Source: Verrucomicrobiota bacterium
GTDB lineage: Bacteria; Verrucomicrobiota; Kiritimatiellia; Kiritimatiellales; JBHORO01
NCBI GenBank assembly: GCA_042566005.1
Contig: JBHORO010000004.1
Coordinates: forward strand, 1 to 58,151
Direction: 5' to 3'
DNA length: 58,151 nt
Shown here: positions 31,954-39,463 of the stretch, one piece after another
Position numbering within the stretch: position 1 is the first letter of the stretch
How the letters are laid out: the number at the start of each line of letters is the position of its first letter
Translations under genes and position numbers: made by a program
Notes under the pieces: generated by a model
Database searches by the model: none
Seen by the model: the letters and a program-made list of their open reading frames with translations, nothing else
What the model was told of the DNA's origin: nothing

Positions 31954-33276
31954 CTAGACTTCAAATCCATTATTCCGGAATACCTCACTGAGCCAGCGGG
32001 CGCTGTCTTTGATGATGCGCTTCTGAGTCAGATAATCCACATACACCAGGCCGAAACGCGGACGATAACCGCAGGCCCACTCATAGTTATCCATTAACGA
32101 CCAAGCTATATAAGCCGTCAGCGGAGCCCCGTCCTGAATAGCACGATGTACAGAAGTCAGGTGCTGCTCGAAATATTTCCGGCGACGCGGATCGTGAACC
32201 TCGCCCGCCTCAGTCGGCTCATCGGCCAGCGCCATGCCGTTTTCCGTGACAGCCAGTTCCTTCGGAGAATAGCGGTGGACATATTCCATGATGTTTTCAT
32301 AGAAACCGTCCGGCGTAATCGCCCAGCCCATTTCGGTGTATTCAAATTCCGGGCGTCGGCCCTGAACCCAGGCGCCATTTTCAAGGAGCATATCGGTATA
32401 GTACTGCAACCCGACGATATCATACTGATTCATCAGTTTCAGATCGTCCTCCCGGATTTCCGGAAAACACCCCTCAAACTTATCCAGCATCACCTGCGGA
32501 AAACTGCCATTGAAAATCGGCTCCAAATAGACGCCGTTATTTTCCTCCCACATCAAATCGGCCAACGCCCTGGTTGCCGGATCATCATCCAGACACCGAT
32601 GCTGCTGCGTAGCGTGCGTGATCCCGATTTTCAAATCGGGATGAATCGCCTTCATGGCCGAATACGCCTTACCGTGCGCCAGGTTAAAGTGATAGACGGA
32701 ATGAAAAGCCTGCTTCGGATCCCGCACACCCGGCGCCATCCAGCCGTTAAGGTAGCCGCCATAGCAACAAACCCACGGCTCGTTCATGGTCATCCAGTTT
32801 TTAACGCGGTCACCCAGCTTCTTGGCCACAATCTCGGCATAATCAGCGAACCAGTCCGTAATATCGCGATTCGGCCAGCCGCCGCGCTCATGCAGCGCCA
32901 GCGGCAAGTCCCAGTGATACAGCGTGACCCACGGCTCAATGCCCGCTTCCAGTAACGCATCCACCAGGCGATCATAATGATCAAGGCCCTTCGGGTTAAT
33001 CGCGCCGGTTCCCTGCGGCAGAATGCGCGGCCAGGAGATAGAGAAACGATAGACCTGCAGCGCCAGCTCCCGCATCAGCTTAATATCTTCCGGATAACGG
33101 CGATACTGATCACAGGCAATCACCCCCGTCTCATTGCGTTCCACTTTACCGGGAATACTGGAGAACCAGTCCCAAATCGACGGACCTTTGCCATCGTCAA
33201 AAGCCGCGCCTTCAACCTGATAGGCCGCAGTTGCTGCGCCCCACTTAAACCCCTCCGGAAACCCGATCTTTTTCAT
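31954..33276 (-). CDS. GH1 beta-glucosidase
   Basis: WGAATAAYQVEG, YRFSISWPR, TLYHWDLP, NEP and TENG catalytic motifs, DNYEW. Confidence 0.95.
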   Translation of the reverse strand: MKKIGFPEGFKWGAATAAYQVEGAAFDDGKGPSIWDWFSSIPGKVERNETGVIACDQYRRYPEDIKLMRELALQVYRFSISWPRILPQGTGAINPKGLDHYDRLVDALLEAGIEPWVTLYHWDLPLALHERGGWPNRDITDWFADYAEIVAKKLGDRVKNWMTMNEPWVCCYGGYLNGWMAPGVRDPKQAFHSVYHFNLAHGKAYSAMKAIHPDLKIGITHATQQHRCLDDDPATRALADLMWEENNGVYLEPIFNGSFPQVMLDKFEGCFPEIREDDLKLMNQYDIVGLQYYTDMLLENGAWVQGRRPEFEYTEMGWAITPDGFYENIMEYVHRYSPKELAVTENGMALADEPTEAGEVHDPRRRKYFEQHLTSVHRAIQDGAPLTAYIAWSLMDNYEWACGYRPRFGLVYVDYLTQKRIIKDSARWLSEVFRNNGFEV

Positions 33277-33444
33277 AACACCCCAGCTCTCAACATTGAT
33301 GTTTATGCAAAAGGCATGCGCACTAGCGCGTGCTGGTTCAGTTTACGCCACGGTACGCCTTTGTCAAATCCCGGAAAAACCTACGAAGGGGACAACACGA
33401 AGCCCTCAATCAGAAAATAACGAATCAGGCGAACCGCCCCTCTC

Positions 33445-33735
33445 CCGCCAATCCTGAATCTTGAGACCCGACCCCGTCCCTAAAAAGCCAGGAGTGCGAC
33501 TCGGCGGACCGTGAAAAGTATTGCCGCACAGACTGCGTAAAAAAAGGGGGTTTAACACCCCCTTTCCAGCCGATGCCGACGATCCTCGTCGCACCGGAAA
33601 ATATTTTCCGCTCAATCCCGCAGACCACTACACGATAACGCCCGCCCTCAATATCAACTCGTAACGGTCAGCTCATACAGGCAAGCTATCTAAACCTCAC
33701 CCCGCCGCCAATCTTGATTCTTGAGACCTGCCCCC
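33445..33735 (+). repeat. 31-bp imperfect direct repeat (33445-33475 and 33705-33735)
   Basis: CCGCCAATCCTGAATCTTGAGACCCGACCCC vs CCGCCAATCTTGATTCTTGAGACCTGCCCCC, 27/31 identical. Confidence 0.75.
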
Positions 33736-33830
33736 ACCGGTCCTTACAGCCCCGGCCACGGGGCCGTCCCAAGACTGAAAAAGAAAAAAGATCAACCCTC
33801 GACTCTAAAATTCATCGGCTGACCCCTTTT
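33736..33830 (+). mobile_element. Probable 3' remnant of a Y1 (RAYT-like) transposase element abutting the intI break
   Basis: Encodes RSLQPRPRGRPK, resembling RAYT-type C-termini (recalled, not searched), followed by CTGACCCCTTTT where integrase similarity stops. Confidence 0.4.
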
Positions 33831-34047
33831 CCATCGCCTGACGCAGCTGCCAGCTCTGCACCGAATCATCCCGTGCCAACTGATCCGAAAAGCACTGAAG
33901 CACATCCTTTTCAGAAAGCTTCGTACGATCAAATTCCGAGCGCAAAAAGCGCAAAACCCAATGGAGGTAAAAGGTAATGTGCTTTTCATCCACCAAATCG
34001 CGCTGACGGACAAAATCCTCAAACGGTTGCAGGTCAACATATTGCAT
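33805..34047 (-). pseudogene. intI: Truncated integron integrase (N-terminal SAM-like domain only)
   Basis: FYLHWVLRFL...WQLRQA resembles integron integrase N-termini; divergent from attI; GGAGG SD upstream; no catalytic tyrosine-recombinase motifs found downstream. Confidence 0.7.
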
Positions 34048-34069
34048 ATACCCCTCCCCTCAATATCTG

Positions 34070-34090
34070 GATATGCGTCAGACGCATATC
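34070..34090. promoter_or_regulatory. Operator-like palindrome upstream of intI
   Basis: GATATGCGTC-A-GACGCATATC perfect 10-bp inverted repeat; related words at 34156-34177 and 34293-34306. Confidence 0.5.
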
Positions 34091-34238
34091 ATGGTATTAA
34101 GCGGTAAAAGCGTCATAAAAAGCGCCGTTTCAGGCCCATTTTAATATTGGAGCCCGGAATATGCGTCACGCGATTCCCGCCACACAGAACTACCTTTTCT
34201 TTAAAGAAGAAGGTTTTTAAAGAAAAAAGCGATGATAA

Positions 34239-34267
34239 TTGACGAAAAAGGCCGCGCACTTTAGGAT
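34239..34267 (+). promoter_or_regulatory. Pc-like sigma70 promoter for the cassette array
   Basis: TTGACG-17nt-TAGGAT about 45 nt upstream of attI. Confidence 0.6.
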
Positions 34268-34290
34268 CATCTCTAATTTAACCCTGAAAA

Positions 34291-34319
34291 AACGTCAGAC
34301 TTATATTAAATGTTCTGAT
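34291..34319 (+). other. attI site (crossover G^TT at 34312/34313)
   Basis: GTTCTGAT is the exact complement of ATCAGAAC at the left end of the first attC; no attC hairpin upstream. Confidence 0.75.
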
Positions 34320-34347
34320 AAATAAATCCAACCACAGGAAATTAAAA

Positions 34348-34977
34348 ATGAATAAAGTTTACCTTCTTTTTTTATGCGCCATCATTTCTGCCCACGCCTT
34401 TGGACAAGATTCTCATTCAATTACTGATGAACAACTAAAGATAGCTCAGAAACATGCTTTTTCCTCTGGATTCGCATGGGGAGTTCTTTATGCAAAATTA
34501 CAGCAAAATTCTCCGTCCAATGAAGACGACAGCTTAGAAGCAATTGAAATTGCATGGAGAACGTATTGTGGAGAAAACAATACCACCAACTCGGCGAACA
34601 CAAATAAAACAAAGCCTCCAGTAGAAGAGAAAATTACAACAACCAAGAAATTCACCAGTGTTGTTACCATGGTACAACACATTTTGGATGGAAAGGTTTC
34701 AATCGAAGACTCTAAACAGTATCTCATCTCCTCTGGTGGGTACGATCATATGTGGCTTAAAGCCACATCATCAGCAGGTGAATATGCGATATTTGGCTGT
34801 TATGAGTTTTATGATGGGGGTCGTTACATTCAGGTTGCCTTGAAAAAGGATAAATCAACATCGATCCTCAATGAAATGCCATTACCCAAAGGAAAATATG
34901 TAATTACAGGAACAATATCCGGAACAAATGCTTATGGTACTCCACTAGAAATAATTTCCATTCAGAAAGCTGATTAG
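34348..34977 (+). CDS. Cassette 1: secreted hypothetical protein
   Basis: Signal peptide MNKVYLLFLCAIISAHAFG; SD AGGA. Confidence 0.8.
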   Translation: MNKVYLLFLCAIISAHAFGQDSHSITDEQLKIAQKHAFSSGFAWGVLYAKLQQNSPSNEDDSLEAIEIAWRTYCGENNTTNSANTNKTKPPVEEKITTTKKFTSVVTMVQHILDGKVSIEDSKQYLISSGGYDHMWLKATSSAGEYAIFGCYEFYDGGRYIQVALKKDKSTSILNEMPLPKGKYVITGTISGTNAYGTPLEIISIQKAD

Positions 34978-35012
34978 TTCCACTGTTGTTGCATCGTTTG
35001 TGCATAAACAAA

Positions 35013-35100
35013 TCAGAACCAGAGGCTTGACCTTACCGTGAAAACGCCCGTTGATTCGGTCGAAGTTTATGCGCACGGCAGGTCAGCCTTAACGTTAGCG
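35013..35100 (+). repeat. attC1
   Basis: TCAGAAC...AGGCT(T)GACCT...AGGTCAGCCT...GTTAGCG with extrahelical base. Confidence 0.9.
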
Positions 35101-35113
35101 GCAATATAAAAAA

Positions 35114-36181
35114 GTGAACAAACCAAGAACAAAGCCTTCATATCCGAAATCATTTTCTGAAGTGGCATTACGCTCTCCGGTTCAGCAGGAAGATTTGCCT
35201 TTGCCATTTGTTCGATACCCCGATCATTACGGTGCATTTATAGCCTTTTCCGAAAAAGAAGACACACCAGCTATCTTTTGTGAATGCTCTAAAGCTGCAA
35301 TATTCAATGCATTCAAACTCAACCGCTCTGAAGCCTTAACCAGAAGAGAATTTCCTGCAACAGGTCTGGATAAAATCTTACCTGCCCCAGAGCACCTATT
35401 GTTTAGGCCTCATCTTTGTCACAGATGTAATATCAGCTCTCCTTCCATGCGCTGGTGTTCAGATATGTATGGAGGTCAATTCAAGCAATATTTTGGATGG
35501 TATATAAAACAGACAAAGTTCCGGCTGGGTGTAACCGATTATTATGAGGATTTCCTTCCAGATGCTTGTCCTGATGAAGTTATCGAAATGGTCAAGCAAA
35601 CCAGAGTTGCTGTTGCCAAAGAACAGAAGGAACGAGAACGTCTTGAAGTAATAATGCGTGGCCCTCGGCGAAAGGATATTGCCCCAGACGAAATTCAATA
35701 CTGGAGCAACATCAAACTTGAGGAAGGAAAATTACACCAAGAGCTCAAGCGTAATGCAGGAAAGTCACAACGAGAATTGAATAACTTTTTTGAAAACATC
35801 ACCCGGGAAGAGTTTGGATTTAGAAAAATTGGGGATGCTTTTGTAAGCGAATCCCTGCTACACAAAATCGTGTGTAACATATACCCATCAGAAGAAATAC
35901 TACGGCACCACAGACCGGCATGGCTGAATGGATTAGAACTGGATATCTTCATTCCTGCACTAAAAGTTGGATTAGAATATCAAGGCCAACAGCACTTCCA
36001 CCCAATTAAGGCATGGGGTGGAAAGAAAGCACTACAGGGTGTTCAGGAACGTGATGCCCAAAAATTAGATACTTGCCAGTCAAAAGGCATCACTCTAATT
36101 GCAATTGATTACACAGAACCTTTGACAAAAGCCCATGTTTCACACCGCCTAAACACAGGCACATACACACTTAACAGCTAA
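35114..36181 (+). CDS. Cassette 2 gene A: Cys-rich N-terminus + PD-(D/E)xK/Vsr-like nuclease domain
   Basis: CEC, CHRC, WC; C-terminal LELDIFIP...GLEYQGQQH. Confidence 0.7.
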   Translation: MNKPRTKPSYPKSFSEVALRSPVQQEDLPLPFVRYPDHYGAFIAFSEKEDTPAIFCECSKAAIFNAFKLNRSEALTRREFPATGLDKILPAPEHLLFRPHLCHRCNISSPSMRWCSDMYGGQFKQYFGWYIKQTKFRLGVTDYYEDFLPDACPDEVIEMVKQTRVAVAKEQKERERLEVIMRGPRRKDIAPDEIQYWSNIKLEEGKLHQELKRNAGKSQRELNNFFENITREEFGFRKIGDAFVSESLLHKIVCNIYPSEEILRHHRPAWLNGLELDIFIPALKVGLEYQGQQHFHPIKAWGGKKALQGVQERDAQKLDTCQSKGITLIAIDYTEPLTKAHVSHRLNTGTYTLNS

Positions 36182-36187
36182 AGCCAC

Positions 36188-36706
36188 ATGAAAAGTGATC
36201 AGTACAAACTTCTAAAGCACCTCTATGATAAAAAAGAGGTCTTCGCACGCGAATACGTTGAAAGCATGGGGCACAAGCATTCTGATCATCGGGATTTTTA
36301 TGACCTCGCCCACTTGATTTGCGAGGGGTACATCGGGTCAACCGGATCATCGTATGATGATATTTGGGATATGGCTTGTGCATTACAGTGTTTTTCCCAA
36401 GGTGATCCACCACAGGAATACAAAAACATAAGAACGTCCGGTACTATAAAGTATCCCACAAGGTGGTTTCTGAAACCAAAAGGCTTCCTCTACGTGAGCG
36501 AAAGAAAAGAAAAGTTTCGGGAAAGAACTTTTGTGGCAATTATAGGTATTATTTGCGCAATCATAAGTGGAACTTGTGTTGGCTGGGTTTCTGAGAATTA
36601 CATAGCCAAATCATCAGATAAAAAAATCGCTAACCAGAAGCTTCAGCCTACTGTGAAAACGCCGGTTGAGTCAGGCGACGAACAAGGCACAGCGGCTGAG
36701 CTTTAA
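36188..36706 (+). CDS. Cassette 2 gene B: hypothetical single-TM protein; C-terminus reads through attC2
   Basis: Starts 6 nt after gene A; TM FVAIIGIICAIISGTCVGW; stop TAA lies immediately before the core site of attC2. Confidence 0.7.
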   Translation: MKSDQYKLLKHLYDKKEVFAREYVESMGHKHSDHRDFYDLAHLICEGYIGSTGSSYDDIWDMACALQCFSQGDPPQEYKNIRTSGTIKYPTRWFLKPKGFLYVSERKEKFRERTFVAIIGIICAIISGTCVGWVSENYIAKSSDKKIANQKLQPTVKTPVESGDEQGTAAEL

Positions 36707-36714
36707 CGTTGGGA
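36628..36714 (+). repeat. attC2
   Basis: CGCTAAC (complement of GTTAGCG)...AAGCT(T)CAGCC...GGCTGAGCTT...GTTGGGA. Confidence 0.9.
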
Positions 36715-36739
36715 ACAGATACATAAACGAGAAGTAGAT

Positions 36740-37888
36740 ATGGAACCTCTGATATTTATTGCAATAGTAGCGATTATCTTTGGGGCGTCGTATATTTCGT
36801 CTGTTCGGCAAAAATTAAAATGTGGAGAAAAAGCCGAAGAGGATTCTCGTAGGTATTATCATGAAACAAGGCGACTCTCAGATGAGTTGGATTCTACGCA
36901 AAATAGCCATGCAGAAGCTGTAAAGTCATTGAAAAAAGAAGCCTCAGAAGCGATATCTAAAATCAGAAATAGGTGTGCAATTCTAGAGCATGCGCTTGAA
37001 GAGCGGGAACTGTCTGAACCTTGGCTTGCTAGCTACATCGCTCAATTAAAAATGGCCGAAGATGAAAAAGCCCTTGAAAAAAAGCGTGGATACCGAACGA
37101 TTAAAGCACTAGAAAAACGCTTTAGAGAAAAATACAAGCCCTCGGTACAGGAAAACATTATTCTTAACGCCCGCCTTGCCGAATATGAATCTCTGTTCCC
37201 AACCCTTCCAGATCACATTGAAAAAATTAAGGTAGCAGAAATAGACCATCAAATGGACGGAGGGCGCTCCTGGCTATCCGATGAAGAATTTTCTTCACTC
37301 TCCGCCTTAGATCGAAATCAACTCGTTCTTGATCGCTATCATGACGGAAAACATAAAAGCAAGTGGCAGATTGGACGCGACTACGAACTTTACATTGGTC
37401 ATATTTTTAAGCGGAAGGGCTACACTAAAATCATCCAATATGGAATAGAGAAGAAATTGGAAGACCTCGGGATAGACGTAATTGCCACAAACCCACAAAC
37501 CGGTAAAACGGCCTACATTCAGTGCAAACATTGGTCCAAACATAAAATGATCAGGGAAAATACAGTAACCCAACTATATGCAGGAGCCCTAATCCACATG
37601 TTGAATAATAATGAATCCCCAACACTGGCAGAGTTCTATATATGCACATCGACAAAAGCCAGTGACCTTGCAAAAGAGTGTGCAAAGATCTTAGGCGTAA
37701 CAATCAATGAAAACATCCCTATTAGCGAATATCCATCCATCAAATGTCATAACGGGGAACTTGGCAGTATTTACCATCTACCAATAGACCAGATGTATGA
37801 TCGAACCTACTCGGTTGACCACTATACAACAACCTGTGCAGAAGCTGAATCGAAAGGTTACCGGAGAGCCTTCCGCTGGCATGGCTAA
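36740..37888 (+). CDS. Cassette 3: membrane-anchored Mrr-like restriction endonuclease
   Basis: N-terminal TM, coiled coil, GRDYE...DLGIDVIA...YIQCKHW, C-terminal IYHLP...EAESKGYRRA. Confidence 0.75.
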   Translation: MEPLIFIAIVAIIFGASYISSVRQKLKCGEKAEEDSRRYYHETRRLSDELDSTQNSHAEAVKSLKKEASEAISKIRNRCAILEHALEERELSEPWLASYIAQLKMAEDEKALEKKRGYRTIKALEKRFREKYKPSVQENIILNARLAEYESLFPTLPDHIEKIKVAEIDHQMDGGRSWLSDEEFSSLSALDRNQLVLDRYHDGKHKSKWQIGRDYELYIGHIFKRKGYTKIIQYGIEKKLEDLGIDVIATNPQTGKTAYIQCKHWSKHKMIRENTVTQLYAGALIHMLNNNESPTLAEFYICTSTKASDLAKECAKILGVTINENIPISEYPSIKCHNGELGSIYHLPIDQMYDRTYSVDHYTTTCAEAESKGYRRAFRWHG

Positions 37889-37928
37889 TGTTGATAAGCG
37901 GAGTATTGTGCTTTAGAAAAGAAAAAAT

Positions 37929-38016
37929 TCCCAACCAGCTCATTGACCCTACTTGGACAACGCCCGTTTTTGAAGGCAGAGTTTTATTCCCAAGCGGGTC
38001 ATGAGTAACGTTCGCC
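37929..38016 (+). repeat. attC3
   Basis: TCCCAAC...CTCAT(T)GACCC...GGGTCATGAG...GTTCGCC. Confidence 0.9.
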
Positions 38017-38026
38017 ACATAAAAAA

Positions 38027-38428
38027 ATGAATACAGAACCAATATCACCATGGATAGATAGAGCGGAGCGGAAAAGCCCTAACAACACGATGACTGCCCT
38101 GTTTGAAAACGGAATGGAAATTGCGATGGGAGCACCAACGCTAGGAACTCTTTCTGTGATCCTTTCCGATGGCCGGAAGAAAATTGTTTCAGAAGATGCA
38201 GCGGCATCATTCGTCTGGTCCGATGATTCAAGATTCATTGCGTATTCGAGATGGAGAGGAAATAGAAATCAAAATCTCTGCGTGTTCAAAATATCTGATT
38301 TGTCAACGGATGTATCCCCAGATGAATTCCGGGTTCTTGAATTGCGAAATTTCACAGAAGGAAAAATTGAGGGAATTGACTCACCTGTTTATCAACCCAG
38401 AACATTCTCACTTGAATACAAAAACTAA
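38027..38428 (+). CDS. Cassette 4: hypothetical protein
   Basis: Fills the cassette; WSDDSRFIAY resembles a beta-propeller blade. Confidence 0.75.
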   Translation: MNTEPISPWIDRAERKSPNNTMTALFENGMEIAMGAPTLGTLSVILSDGRKKIVSEDAAASFVWSDDSRFIAYSRWRGNRNQNLCVFKISDLSTDVSPDEFRVLELRNFTEGKIEGIDSPVYQPRTFSLEYKN

Positions 38429-38433
38429 AACAG

Positions 38434-38521
38434 GGCGAACCAGATCCTGGACCCTACTTGGACAACGCCCGTTTTTGAAGGCAGAGTCTGTTTCCCAAGC
38501 GGGTCAGGATTAACGTTGGGA
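38434..38521 (+). repeat. attC4
   Basis: GGCGAAC...ATCCT(G)GACCC...GGGTCAGGAT...GTTGGGA. Confidence 0.9.
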
Positions 38522-38549
38522 TTTAAAAAATAATGATCAGGGAGGCTCA

Positions 38550-38729
38550 ATGGCTAGGCTAATGAAATGTAAAGATTGTGGCCACAAGGTTAGCAAATCT
38601 GCTGACTCCTGCCCTGACTGTGGTAGGCGTATAAAATTACGTTTTTATGAGGGAAGTTGGTCTGCTGTTTTGAAAGCAGTTCTGGTTATTTTCTTACTAA
38701 TGATCTTGGCTGAGATTTTCGGAGGCTAA
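38550..38729 (+). CDS. Cassette 5: 59-aa zinc-ribbon + TM microprotein (not in ORF track)
   Basis: SD GGAGG; MARLMKCKDCGHKVSKSADSCPDCGRRIKLRFYEGSWSAVLKAVLVIFLLMILAEIFGG. Confidence 0.8.
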   Translation: MARLMKCKDCGHKVSKSADSCPDCGRRIKLRFYEGSWSAVLKAVLVIFLLMILAEIFGG

Positions 38730-38769
38730 AGTTCGTTATACGAATGGACATATTCAAAAACAAAATGGA

Positions 38770-38856
38770 TCCCAACCAGTCAAGTGACCCTACGTGTCAA
38801 CCGCCGGAGAATTTGCTTTAAAGCACAGGGCACGCGGGTCCTCTCAAACGTTGTGC
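38770..38856 (+). repeat. attC5 (most divergent)
   Basis: TCCCAACCAG...GACCC...GGGTC...GTTGTGC; outer stem poorly paired. Confidence 0.8.
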
Positions 38857-38870
38857 ACGAGAAATAAAAA

Positions 38871-39161
38871 ATGATCACAATAGATCAAGCTATAGCTGAA
38901 GCACAAAAGAGCGGTCGTGTTTGTCCTCAACCCCAACGATGGGATGAACTGTACAAATTACTACCTGATCGAAAACGCAAAGGTAATGGGTGGGAACCAG
39001 CTCTACCTTTAATTTTAGCAGCATGGTGGGACACACCGATTTTATCGAAAACAATCAGATTTAGAGAACATTTGAAGTGGGCGGATGCCCATGGAGCATT
39101 AGCAGAAGTTTTTGAATTCATGACCAACCTTCCTGAAGAAGAATGGTACCACGGAGAATAA
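38871..39161 (+). CDS. Cassette 6: Trp/Pro-rich hypothetical protein
   Basis: Fills the cassette; VCPQPQRW, PLILAAWW, FREHLKWA. Confidence 0.8.
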   Translation: MITIDQAIAEAQKSGRVCPQPQRWDELYKLLPDRKRKGNGWEPALPLILAAWWDTPILSKTIRFREHLKWADAHGALAEVFEFMTNLPEEEWYHGE

Positions 39162-39168
39162 AATAACT

Positions 39169-39256
39169 GCACAACCAGCACATGGACTTTACGGTGAAAA
39201 CGCCAGTCGATTACGTTGAAGTTTATGTGCACCGAAAGTCACGTGTAACGTTCTGT
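39169..39256 (+). repeat. attC6
   Basis: GCACAAC...CACATGGACTTT...AAAGTCACGTG...GTTCTGT. Confidence 0.88.
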
Positions 39257-39463
39257 AGAAAACAAAAATGATGGCAATGAACCTGAGCACAACGGTCTCC
39301 GACAATGGCAAACCGGAAAGAATGTGAAGTTCAGCAGGACTAGTAAACAAGCACCAGAACCAGCAATCTGGGATCGTTCCTGAACGATAAAGCGCTAGAA
39401 ATCGCCAAAGGCTGTTCCTGCTTCAGCCGGAAGGTCTGGAAAACAAGAAAAGAGAAACGGATA

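Noticed and set aside
33714-33977. 87-aa plus-strand ORF as a real gene
   Set aside because: Composite of a repeat end, a possible transposase tail and antisense intI; no SD or coherent domain.
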